From Promethearchaeota archaeon (GTDB lineage: Archaea; Asgardarchaeota; Lokiarchaeia; Sigyniarchaeales; SOKP01), in contig JBHLPW010000010.1 in the NCBI GenBank assembly GCA_048939015.1, forward strand, positions 25,086-89,085: a DNA stretch of 64,000 nt. The letters are read 5' to 3'. Made by a program: the position numbers and the translations under genes. The notes under the pieces are model-generated. The model made no database searches. It had not been told where the DNA came from and saw nothing but the letters and a program-made list of their open reading frames with translations. The first letter of the stretch is position 1; every line of letters begins with the position of its first letter. This document shows, piece by piece, positions 48,221-57,848 of the stretch.

Positions 48221-48601
48221 TTAATCAGATCTAACTTCACGTAAAGCCCAATAAGTCTGAAGAGCTGCACCTATGTCAATCGCTGCAAAAATCCCAACAA
48301 AACCACTTACAAATTGCAATATGAAAAAAATTGTTATGAAGATTGCAGCTATCGCTCGTGTGTGAACTGTCCACATAAAAAATTTTTCCAATCCCTCTTC
48401 ATCAAAAGCAGCGCGAATATAATAGTAAGCCAAGAATATTACAAGTATTCCTAAAAAACGCGACATTATATCTGGCTCTGATATAACTATAATAATAGTA
48501 AAAATTACTTCTGGAGCGATTAACAGGATAAATCCAATAATAACCAAGTATATACCATATATAAAGAGAGTCAATGCGGCTTTACTCATATCTTTAAACA
48601 T
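48221..48601 (-). CDS. Small 4-TM membrane protein
   Basis: Four hydrophobic helices; GAGGAG RBS. Confidence 0.65.
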   Translation of the reverse strand: MFKDMSKAALTLFIYGIYLVIIGFILLIAPEVIFTIIIVISEPDIMSRFLGILVIFLAYYYIRAAFDEEGLEKFFMWTVHTRAIAAIFITIFFILQFVSGFVGIFAAIDIGAALQTYWALREVRSD

Positions 48602-48729
48602 TTTATTATCTCCTCATTAATTTTATTCTCAATATTTTATTATAGGATTGCTACAAAAATGTAAGAAAACATTATAATGAATTTTTATTTCATATATATA
48701 TTTTAAGAGTTAAATTGAAGCTTAGATAA

Positions 48730-51507
48730 ATGAAAAATAAGAAAAAGAAGCTCAAATTACATGTAAAGTTAGATCATGTATTAGACGCCTTTCTAAATGG
48801 TAAACTATGGAGAAAATGGTGGAATTATTGCCAGAATAGAACTAATATCAATTATTTTTTCATTTCAGCATTAGGAAGACTATTTGAAAGAATTGATAAA
48901 TATAGTTTCGAAGAATTTGATCTTTATTGTATAGGACATAGTCATTTGGATGCTTGTTGGTTATGGACTAAATTATCAACAATTAGAAGAGCAATAATAA
49001 CATTTCAGCAAAATATTGAATATTTCGAAAAATATCCTTTTTATACTTTTTCTCAAACTACACCTCAATATTATGATTGGGTCAGACGCTTAAGACCAAA
49101 GATTTTTCAAAAAATACAAGAATATGAAAAATTAGGACGTCTAGAAATAATTGGAGGAATGTGGGTCGAACCTGACCTTAACCTACCAAATGGAGAATCT
49201 CTGGTCCGACAACGGTTATATGGACAACTCTTTTATCTTGAACACTTTGGAAAAATATCTAGAATTGAATGTCTAGAAGATTCATTTGGATTTAATGCCC
49301 AACTCCCCCAGATTCTTGTGAAATCAGGGGCGGAAATATTTTGGACAGGAAAAATTACGTGGAATGACCTAACAGAATTTCCCTTCGCAAATTTTTTATG
49401 GAGAGGTATTGATGGATCTGAAATCTTTACCCATATTTATCAATGTAATTGGGCTGCTTTTATCTCTTTATCTCTATATAAAAGAAGTGGAAGAAGAATA
49501 ACAAAACCTAATCTAATTTTTGATTCATCATCCGAGAAAGAATTCATTGAATCTTGTTTATCAGATGAATGGATAAAGACATGCGGGATATTTTTTGGTT
49601 TTGGAGATGGGGGAATGGGACCAATCAGAGAAGAAATCGAGATACTTAGGAAGTTAACAAAAGGAAAACCATTATCATTTTGTAATTTTGATCAGTATTT
49701 TAAGAAGTTAAGAAGAGATTGTGGTGAAATTTTGCCAATATGGAATGATGAACTTTATTTAGAAGTCCATAGAGGTGTATATACAACACAAGCAAATACC
49801 AAAAAGCTAAATCGTTTCTGCGAAATTAGCCTTAGGAATTGGGAAATTTTATTATCATTGGCATTATTAATGTTCAAGAATTTTAGTTATCCTTCAAAAG
49901 CTCTTGAAAAGGTGTGGAAAATATTGTTATTCAATCAATTTCATGATATTCTTCCTGGGTCAAGCATACAAGATGTATATTATGAACAAGAAAAAGAAAT
50001 GGAAACCATTCTTCAAAAAATGAATAATTCAATATCAATGATATTACAGTCTTTGTTGAGAACGTTGCTTAAAATTAATAATATAACTGACAAGAATCAA
50101 ATGAAAAACTATGCGATTATTTTTAATTCATTAGCTTGGGAACGAGATGGCATTCTAAAAATAAGTAATGAAAGTGAAGATGCAAGTGAAGAGATTTTAT
50201 ATCTTAAAAACATAAAGCCATTGTCTTTTCGATTTATAGATTTTCAAAAATTAAAACAAGAAAACTCTATTGAAAAGAAGAAATTAAAAATAGATTATCA
50301 AAAAAAGAATCTCTTTATTGAAAATTCAATATTTCAAATTAGGATTAATCAAACAACAGGCAATCTCACTTCAATTGTATATAAAAAAACAAATAGAGAG
50401 ATTATCAGAAGTCCTGATGGGATAGGTATACACATTTATAAAGAAAAAAGACGTAAGAATCCTGCGTGGAATATTTACCGAGGATATACTTCTAATAAGT
50501 TAGATCAGTTATTTGTAAAGGAATTTAAAATAATTGTTGATACTCCGAAGATTATAACTCTAAAATTTATTTACATATTCAAGAAGACAAAAATTCACCA
50601 TTATATTTCATTAAGATCAGATTCAGATCTAATAGAATTTAGGACTGATATAAATACTCATGATAAATCTCTGTTCTTTAAAGTGAGATTTCCATTCAAT
50701 TTAGAAACTGATTTTCTAACAGCTGAAATTCCTTATGGAAATATAAGAAGAAAGATTATAGCCGAAAAATATTATGAAAAAGGAAAATGGGAATTCCCTG
50801 CTCAAAAATATGTAGATATTTCAGAATCAAATATGGGACTTACTATTTTAAATAACTCGAAATATGGGTTTAGTTCTAACAAAAATGGCATTTTTCTCTC
50901 ATTATTGCGAACACCTCCAAGAGCTAGTTCAATTTTCTATTCTTACATAGATTTAGTTCCGAAAAAAGAAAGGACAAAATGTGCGGATATTGGAAAACAT
51001 TCAATTGATTATGCGTTATGGATTCACGAAGGAGATTTCATCGAGTCATGTGCATGGAAGAAAGGTTATGAATATAATTATCCTCTACTTTTTGAAAGAT
51101 TCAATAAGTCAACTAGTTTCAATTTAGATAACCTTGACATCAGAAAAGATTTTAAAGATAGCTTGAAAGAACAATTATCATTAATTTCGATATCAAATCC
51201 AAACATTATACTTCAAGTTATTAAAAGCCCTGAAAAGAAGATATTAGAACTTGAAAAATCAAGCATTCATCAAGTTAAGGAAAATCTAATGTTTATAATA
51301 AGATTTTTTGAGAGTTCAGGAAATTCTCAACAAGATGTTGAGATTATATTTAATGACTTTTTTGAAATTTTAAATGTCGCAGAAACAGACCTTTTAGAAA
51401 GAGAGTTAAATAGTAGTGAACTTAACTTAAAATCCAATAAAATTAAGTTGAACTTTAAGAAGTTTGAAATAAAAACTATAAAATTAAAAGTTTCAATTAA
51501 AAAGTAA
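48730..51507 (+). CDS. GH38 alpha-mannosidase family protein
   Basis: GHSHLDACWLW, GGMWVEPD.NLP.GESLVRQ, DSFG, GDGG.GP, ELYLEVHRG, NQFHDILPGSSI. Confidence 0.9.
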   Translation: MKNKKKKLKLHVKLDHVLDAFLNGKLWRKWWNYCQNRTNINYFFISALGRLFERIDKYSFEEFDLYCIGHSHLDACWLWTKLSTIRRAIITFQQNIEYFEKYPFYTFSQTTPQYYDWVRRLRPKIFQKIQEYEKLGRLEIIGGMWVEPDLNLPNGESLVRQRLYGQLFYLEHFGKISRIECLEDSFGFNAQLPQILVKSGAEIFWTGKITWNDLTEFPFANFLWRGIDGSEIFTHIYQCNWAAFISLSLYKRSGRRITKPNLIFDSSSEKEFIESCLSDEWIKTCGIFFGFGDGGMGPIREEIEILRKLTKGKPLSFCNFDQYFKKLRRDCGEILPIWNDELYLEVHRGVYTTQANTKKLNRFCEISLRNWEILLSLALLMFKNFSYPSKALEKVWKILLFNQFHDILPGSSIQDVYYEQEKEMETILQKMNNSISMILQSLLRTLLKINNITDKNQMKNYAIIFNSLAWERDGILKISNESEDASEEILYLKNIKPLSFRFIDFQKLKQENSIEKKKLKIDYQKKNLFIENSIFQIRINQTTGNLTSIVYKKTNREIIRSPDGIGIHIYKEKRRKNPAWNIYRGYTSNKLDQLFVKEFKIIVDTPKIITLKFIYIFKKTKIHHYISLRSDSDLIEFRTDINTHDKSLFFKVRFPFNLETDFLTAEIPYGNIRRKIIAEKYYEKGKWEFPAQKYVDISESNMGLTILNNSKYGFSSNKNGIFLSLLRTPPRASSIFYSYIDLVPKKERTKCADIGKHSIDYALWIHEGDFIESCAWKKGYEYNYPLLFERFNKSTSFNLDNLDIRKDFKDSLKEQLSLISISNPNIILQVIKSPEKKILELEKSSIHQVKENLMFIIRFFESSGNSQQDVEIIFNDFFEILNVAETDLLERELNSSELNLKSNKIKLNFKKFEIKTIKLKVSIKK

Positions 51508-51536
51508 TTAATTTTATGTTTAATTATCTTTAGAGT

Positions 51537-54068
51537 GTGTTTAACATGGAAACAATATCAATTACAATAAATGGTACTAAACTTGAGGTTAAAAAAGGGA
51601 TTAGTGTTATAGAAGCTTCACTTAATGCAGAAATTTATATTCCTAGTCTCTGTGCTCACCCTGATTTACCCTCTTTAGTTGGATTAAAGCCATATAAAGA
51701 AGTTTTCCAAGGAAAAAATAAATTCAATAATTCTGATTCCCATGAACACCAAGGATGTCAACTTTGTGTAGTAAAAATAGAGGGAATAGATGGACTGACG
51801 ACATCCTGCAGTACTATTGTAGAAGAAGGAATGATAATAACAACAGATTCACCAGAGATTCAAAGTTTACGTCGTGAAAAATTGATGACTATTCTTTCAA
51901 AGCATCCTCATGCATGTTTGATGTGTGCTCAACGTGAAGGCTGTCCTCGGGAACCATGCTCACCTAATGTTCCAGTTGAAGAGCGTTGTTGCCCAATCCT
52001 GGGAAGATGTGAGCTTCAAAAAGTTGCAGAATATATTGGAATCCCTGAAGATACTCAACGTTATAAACCTCAAGGACGTGCAATAATTGAGGATGAACCA
52101 CTTTTCATTCGAAATTATGAATTGTGTATTGGTTGTACTAGGTGTGTTAGGGTATGTCGAGATGTACGTGGAATTGAGGCATTGGGATTCGTATATTCTA
52201 ACGGAGAAACGGTGGTTGGAAGTATTGCACCTACTTTAAAGGAATCTGGTTGTAAGTTCTGCGGTGCGTGTATTGAGGTGTGTCCAACAGGAGCGCTTAC
52301 AGATAAAGATATTCTATGGGCTGAACGAGAAAAATTACTTGTTCCTTGTAGGGAAACTTGTCCATTAAAGATCGATGTACCGCGATATATTCGATTAATT
52401 TCAGAACAAAAATATGCAGAAGCCTCGGCAGTTATTCGAGAAAAAACGCCATTTCCGTCAGTATTAGGAAGAGTTTGTTTTCATGATTGTGAAATTGAAT
52501 GTCGCCGTATCCAAATTAATGAACCTATTGCTATATGTGCTTTAAAGCGTTTTGCAATGGAACATGATAGTGATATATGGAAATCTAAAATAAATATCAA
52601 ACCTTCGACTGGCAAGAAAGTTGCTGTTGTAGGCTCAGGTCCATCTGGATTAACAACAGCGTATTATTTAAGACGATTGGGTCATTCTGTTAGTGTATTT
52701 GAAGCTAATTCTTATTTAGGAGGTATGTTAAGAGTAGGAATACCAGAATACCGATTACCACGAATAGTCCTTCAGAAAGATCTTGATCATATATTAAGTA
52801 TAGGAATTGATCTTCAAACTAATAAAGTTGTAGGAGAACATTTATCACTTAAAGATTTACAGAATCAGGGTTTTAATGCAATATTTCTAGCTATAGGTGC
52901 TCAAAATACCAAAAAGCTTAATATTGAAGGTTTAAATTTACCAAATATACTATGGGGCCTCGATTTCCTTAAAAAAGTTAATCTAGGTGAAGAGGTAAAA
53001 GTTCCAGATAGTGTTATTGTTATTGGTGGGGGAAATGTAGCTATAGATGTAGCCTTAACAGCCAAACGGTTAGGTGCTAAAGATGTACAATTAACTTGTT
53101 TGGAATGTAGAGAAGAAATGCCTGCACACGAGTGGGAAATTCAGAAAGCAATAGATGAAGGGATAACACTTGAGTGTTCTTGGGGTCCAAAACAAGTGAT
53201 TGATAAGGATGGTGAGATATCTGAAGTTGAGTTAATACATTGTGATTCTGTATTTGATGAGGAAAATTTATTTAATCCTGTATTTAACAATGCTAAAACA
53301 AAATCTATTAAAACTGAAATGGTAATATTAGCAATTGGACAAATTCCGGATTTATCTCTTTTAGGAAGTGAAAGTAAAATTAACATCTCAGCTTCAGGCT
53401 TAATACAGGCAAAAGATGGAACATTAGAAACAAACATCGCAGGAATTTTTGCAGGTGGTGAAGTTATAAATAGTCCTAGCTCTGTAGTTGATGCTATTGA
53501 AATGGGTCGAAAGGCAGCTTCTTCAATTGATAAATATTTGGGAGGAGATGGTGAAATTGAAGAAGTTCTTGTTGAAATAGATACCACAGATGCTAATTTA
53601 GGACGTGATGAAAACTTTTATGATAAAAAACGAGTACAAATGCCATTATTATCATTAGATCAACGTAAAAAAAACTTTAATGAAATTGAAATGGGGTTTG
53701 ATGAGAAATTAGCTTTAGAGGAAGCAAATCGATGTCTTAAATGCGATTTACGTTTTGATATCTCACCAGTCGTATTACCACCTCAAAAATGGTTAGATTT
53801 AACTAGCGAGAATATTCAAAATGTACCAGATATTGAAGGTGTGATTCAGATCTTAAATGAGAATCAAGAGATTATCTTGATTCAAGGAACTTCTAATTTA
53901 CGTTTAGCATTAGAAGAACAAAGATCAACCAATTTAAAAGCTTTTTATTTCAACTTTGATGAAGATCCGATGTACACCAAAAGAGAGAGTGAATTACTTC
54001 AGCAATATATGCAGGAATTCGGAAGATTTCCTGAAAGTAATGAAGATCTTGATGATGACCTTTTCTAA
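51537..54068 (+). CDS. bzdV: BzdV-like NAD(P)H:ferredoxin oxidoreductase (2Fe-2S, 4Fe-4S, GltD-like FAD domain, extra C-terminal domain)
   Basis: PSLC...GCQLC...TSC, HPHACLMC, CIGCTRC, CKFCGAC, PC...CP, GSGPSG, GGGNVAID, C-terminal DPMYTKRESELLQQ domain; near bzd genes. Confidence 0.75.
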   Translation: MFNMETISITINGTKLEVKKGISVIEASLNAEIYIPSLCAHPDLPSLVGLKPYKEVFQGKNKFNNSDSHEHQGCQLCVVKIEGIDGLTTSCSTIVEEGMIITTDSPEIQSLRREKLMTILSKHPHACLMCAQREGCPREPCSPNVPVEERCCPILGRCELQKVAEYIGIPEDTQRYKPQGRAIIEDEPLFIRNYELCIGCTRCVRVCRDVRGIEALGFVYSNGETVVGSIAPTLKESGCKFCGACIEVCPTGALTDKDILWAEREKLLVPCRETCPLKIDVPRYIRLISEQKYAEASAVIREKTPFPSVLGRVCFHDCEIECRRIQINEPIAICALKRFAMEHDSDIWKSKINIKPSTGKKVAVVGSGPSGLTTAYYLRRLGHSVSVFEANSYLGGMLRVGIPEYRLPRIVLQKDLDHILSIGIDLQTNKVVGEHLSLKDLQNQGFNAIFLAIGAQNTKKLNIEGLNLPNILWGLDFLKKVNLGEEVKVPDSVIVIGGGNVAIDVALTAKRLGAKDVQLTCLECREEMPAHEWEIQKAIDEGITLECSWGPKQVIDKDGEISEVELIHCDSVFDEENLFNPVFNNAKTKSIKTEMVILAIGQIPDLSLLGSESKINISASGLIQAKDGTLETNIAGIFAGGEVINSPSSVVDAIEMGRKAASSIDKYLGGDGEIEEVLVEIDTTDANLGRDENFYDKKRVQMPLLSLDQRKKNFNEIEMGFDEKLALEEANRCLKCDLRFDISPVVLPPQKWLDLTSENIQNVPDIEGVIQILNENQEIILIQGTSNLRLALEEQRSTNLKAFYFNFDEDPMYTKRESELLQQYMQEFGRFPESNEDLDDDLF

Positions 54069-54080
54069 AAACAATATTTT

Positions 54081-57053
54081 TTAATTATTGACTTTTGGAA
54101 GCGAAAAATAAAAGGTTGAACCTTTATTAATTCCCTCTGATTCAACCCAAATTTTTCCTCTGTGTAAATCAATAATCTTTTTAGCAATGTATAATCCTAA
54201 ACCAGAACCTTCGGTAATTATGTCAAATCCTTGACCATACCGCTCAATTTTCCCAAATTGAGTAAATAATTGATTTATTTGCCTTTCTGTAAGCCCAATA
54301 CCATTATCTTGTATTGCGATAGTTATGAAATCATCAGTAATTGTAGAATTGATTCCTATTATGCCATTCAAGGGTGTATATTTAATTGCGTTTGTTATGA
54401 GATTATTCAATACATGGTGTATTTGCTCTTCATCAAAATTAATTATCATATTATCATCTATGTTTAATTTAATTGAATGTCCTCTCAACGCAGCAAAACT
54501 CCTTAATTCCTTTACACTTAACTCAATAATAGAAGACAAATCACTTCTGATCTTATTTAATTCACCTTCACATGTGTCTAATTCAGCTTTGTGCATGATA
54601 TCATATATAAGAGTTTCTAGACGGAGAACCCCTTTTTTTATATGACTAATTATTTGGAGTTCATCAATACCGAGATTATCTTTATATTTATGTAATAATA
54701 AGTCAGCATATCCTTTAATATGCATGGCTGGTGTTTTTAATTCATGAGATGTTCTTGTAAGCAACTCAGATTTTAATTTACTTAATTCTTTTAACTTTTT
54801 CTCTGCTTCTAATTTTTCACTAATATCTATAACCACTTCTGCTACTCTATCTATTGTTCCACTTGGATCAGGTAAGGGTGCAGATAATATTTCATAAGTA
54901 TGATTATTAGAAGCAATTATAATTTCCTTTTCAACTCTTTTATTTTTAATGGCTCTTATCATTGGACAATTTTCACATTTATCATCTCGTCTCAAATATA
55001 GATTAAAACATTTTCTGTTTTTGGGCTCACCAAATTGTTCTCTTAATAATTGATTTTGATAAATAATATTATAATTTGAATCTATAATGTCAATCCCAAT
55101 ACCTGTTTGAGATAATCCTCCGATTAATGAACGATATTTTTCTTCAGATTCTATCAATTTTTGTTGTGCTTTTTTGCGATCTGTTATATCCTCTCCTGAA
55201 CTTAAAAGACCAGCTATATATCCATTAGAATCCTTTAATATTATTGTTGACCACGCAATTAACCTTTCCTTGCCATCTTTAGTTAATACAGGATTCTCAT
55301 AAAACGGAACCACATCTATTTCTCCATTCATCAGTTTCTTGAAATAATCAAATACTCTCTCTCTTTCATGAGGCGGGAGACCGTTTTCAAACCAATTTTT
55401 ATTAATTAATTCTCCTTCATTCCATCCCAGAATATTATTTCCTTTCTTATTAATGAGTGAAATATTTCCATCTTTATCTAAAGCAACAATGATTACATTC
55501 ACTAGATTTAAATACATATCTGCTTTTTCACGTGCTCTTTTAATTTTGTTCACCGCTTTCTTTCTTTCAGTAATATCAACATTCATGGTCATTATTGCTC
55601 GTTTTCCATTGAAAATTATTGAGCGAAGGTAAATCTCAGTCCATTGTATTTCACCACTTTTTCTTATTGTTTTAATTTCTACATGTGATGGCTCTTCTGC
55701 ATCATCTGATTGATTTTTTCTGGTAATTTCTAAAATCATTTCTCTAAAATCTGGGTGAATTACATTAATTAAATATCCTGGGGGCCATTTTTCAACCTCT
55801 TCTTTAGTATATCCGAAGTAGTCCAGTGATCGTTGATTTGCATATTTAATTTCGTTGTCTTGAATTATAGATATTCCTACTACGGCTTGTTCAGCTATTA
55901 TTCTAAATTTATCTTCAGATTCTATTAATTTTTGTTCTGCTTTTTTGCGATCTGTTATGTCATGAAATATAACTAATTTCGAGACGCTATTATCTGATCT
56001 TTTTATAGGTGTTGCTATGACTTCATAAAATTTCTTAGTTATTGGACTTTCCAATTCCCATCTTATAGAACCTTGCTCAATTTTTTCTTGATTTTTACAC
56101 CATTGACATGGTTCAGGTAAATCCTGGAAATATTCATAACATTTTTTATTTCCAATAGGCCCAAATTCATTTCTAAGAGAAGAGTTCACAAATTCAATTT
56201 CATATTGCTCATTTACAATATAGACGCCGTCTTCCATTGAATTTAATATATTAATGAGATTGTCTCTTTCATTCTTTACTTTTCTTTCAGAATCTTTTAA
56301 TCTTCGTTCTGCATTTATAATCTCAGTAATATCTATTTGAGTTACTAAATCTGCTGGTCTCCCCTCATATAATATAGTTTTTGAAATATTATCAACCCAG
56401 ATTAAATCACCATTTTTTTTTATTATCTGAATTGGATAATGAACAATAACATCAGGATCACCAATTTGCTTTTTTCTTAGTTGTTCTTTAACAGTTTCCA
56501 ATGATTCAGGTGCCACAGTTTTTAATAATTCACCCGGTTTCCAATTATACATTTCTTCTAAAGTATAACCGTACAAAGTTGCTATTTCTTGATTGACATA
56601 CTTTATAATATTATCCTGAATAATGCTAATTGCAAGTAGTGATTCCTCTGTAATTTTCCGAAATTTTTCTTCAGATTCTTTTAAATTTTGTTCTGTCTTT
56701 CTCTGCTTAGTAGTATCTCTAACATAAATAGCAACACGATTTTCTGAAATGTAAAAAATTATAGCCTCATAATAATGCAAACCATCATCTAAAGGTAATG
56801 AATAATCAAATATAGTTGGTTCTTTTGTTTCATATGTCTCTTTAATTGCGATTTCATATAATTGAGCTATTTTTTCGGGTAAAACTTCATTAATTGTCTT
56901 CCCTAAGAACTCCTTTGGAGGTAAATAGAGAAGATCTTCATTCCCATGAAAGTTCAAAAGTCTTCCTGAAATATCTACAAGAAAATATAAATCCGGAGAT
57001 GAAACTAATTTTCTTCCCCTAAAATTCTCATCCAAAGCTGTAATTATTATCAC
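54081..57053 (-). CDS. Soluble multi-PAS (6 PAS) sensor histidine kinase HK1
   Basis: Repeated PAS/PAC units ending DIT.RK; H-box SHELKTP, NLITNAIKYT, DNGIG, GSGLGL; no TM. Confidence 0.92.
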   Translation of the reverse strand: MIIITALDENFRGRKLVSSPDLYFLVDISGRLLNFHGNEDLLYLPPKEFLGKTINEVLPEKIAQLYEIAIKETYETKEPTIFDYSLPLDDGLHYYEAIIFYISENRVAIYVRDTTKQRKTEQNLKESEEKFRKITEESLLAISIIQDNIIKYVNQEIATLYGYTLEEMYNWKPGELLKTVAPESLETVKEQLRKKQIGDPDVIVHYPIQIIKKNGDLIWVDNISKTILYEGRPADLVTQIDITEIINAERRLKDSERKVKNERDNLINILNSMEDGVYIVNEQYEIEFVNSSLRNEFGPIGNKKCYEYFQDLPEPCQWCKNQEKIEQGSIRWELESPITKKFYEVIATPIKRSDNSVSKLVIFHDITDRKKAEQKLIESEDKFRIIAEQAVVGISIIQDNEIKYANQRSLDYFGYTKEEVEKWPPGYLINVIHPDFREMILEITRKNQSDDAEEPSHVEIKTIRKSGEIQWTEIYLRSIIFNGKRAIMTMNVDITERKKAVNKIKRAREKADMYLNLVNVIIVALDKDGNISLINKKGNNILGWNEGELINKNWFENGLPPHERERVFDYFKKLMNGEIDVVPFYENPVLTKDGKERLIAWSTIILKDSNGYIAGLLSSGEDITDRKKAQQKLIESEEKYRSLIGGLSQTGIGIDIIDSNYNIIYQNQLLREQFGEPKNRKCFNLYLRRDDKCENCPMIRAIKNKRVEKEIIIASNNHTYEILSAPLPDPSGTIDRVAEVVIDISEKLEAEKKLKELSKLKSELLTRTSHELKTPAMHIKGYADLLLHKYKDNLGIDELQIISHIKKGVLRLETLIYDIMHKAELDTCEGELNKIRSDLSSIIELSVKELRSFAALRGHSIKLNIDDNMIINFDEEQIHHVLNNLITNAIKYTPLNGIIGINSTITDDFITIAIQDNGIGLTERQINQLFTQFGKIERYGQGFDIITEGSGLGLYIAKKIIDLHRGKIWVESEGINKGSTFYFSLPKVNN

Positions 57054-57242
57054 TCTCCCCTTAATGTTATGACATAAAAAATCAAAATATATTTTTTAAA
57101 TAAATCTATAATTTGGGAAAAAATATAGGTTCATTTTTGCAAAAATATATATGTAAAATTTCGCTTATATCAATTTTGGTCTTTAAAGACTTAATATAAG
57201 CAAATTTACAAAAGATTTTAGAAAAGACTGTTTTAATAAAAT

Positions 57243-57620
57243 TCAATCATTATTTAGCTTTTTCTCTAAGGCTTTTGTCAATAAAGGTAACACCTCGCAT
57301 AAATCTCCAACAATTCCATACTTAGCTAATTGGAATATTGCTGCTTCAGGATCTTTATTAATTGCGATTATAATATCGCTACTTTTCATTCCAACTAAAT
57401 GCTGGATATTTCCGGATATCCCACACGCGATGTAAATCTTTGAAGAGACTTTATTTCCACTTTGGCCTACTTGTTGTGATTTTGGAATCCACCCTAAATC
57501 GACCGCAGCTCTACTTGCTCCCACAGCAGTATTTAAAACGTAGCAAGATCCTCAATTAATTTAAAATTCTCTTTACTTCCAACTCCTCTTCCTCCAGATA
57601 TTATTATATCTGCTTCACAA
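57243..57620 (-). pseudogene. etfA: etfA 3' remnant with frameshift
   Basis: [25 protein letters not shown], frameshift near 57540, then [14 protein letters not shown]...[11 protein letters not shown]...AINKD; no 5' half. Confidence 0.85.
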
Positions 57621-57823
57621 ATCAAGAGATTATATTGATTCAAGGAACTTCTAATTTACGTTTAGCATTAGAAGAACAATTATCAACCAATTTAAAAGCT
57701 TATTATTTCAATTTTGATGAAGATCCGATGTACACCAAAAGAGAGAGTGAATTACTTCAGCAATTTATGCAAGAGTTTGGAAGATTTCCAGAAAGTAATG
57801 AAGATTTGGATGATTTATTTTAA
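57620..57823 (+). pseudogene. Duplicated 3' end of the bzdV-like gene
   Basis: Near-identical to 53862-54068 from AATCAAGAGATTAT to the stop codon. Confidence 0.85.
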
Positions 57824-57848
57824 ATTTTGATAAAATGGATATGAAGTG

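Noticed and set aside
57243-57524. 93-aa ORF as a functional mini-EtfA
   Set aside because: Homology continues upstream through a frameshift and ends at a junction, so it is a pseudogene fragment
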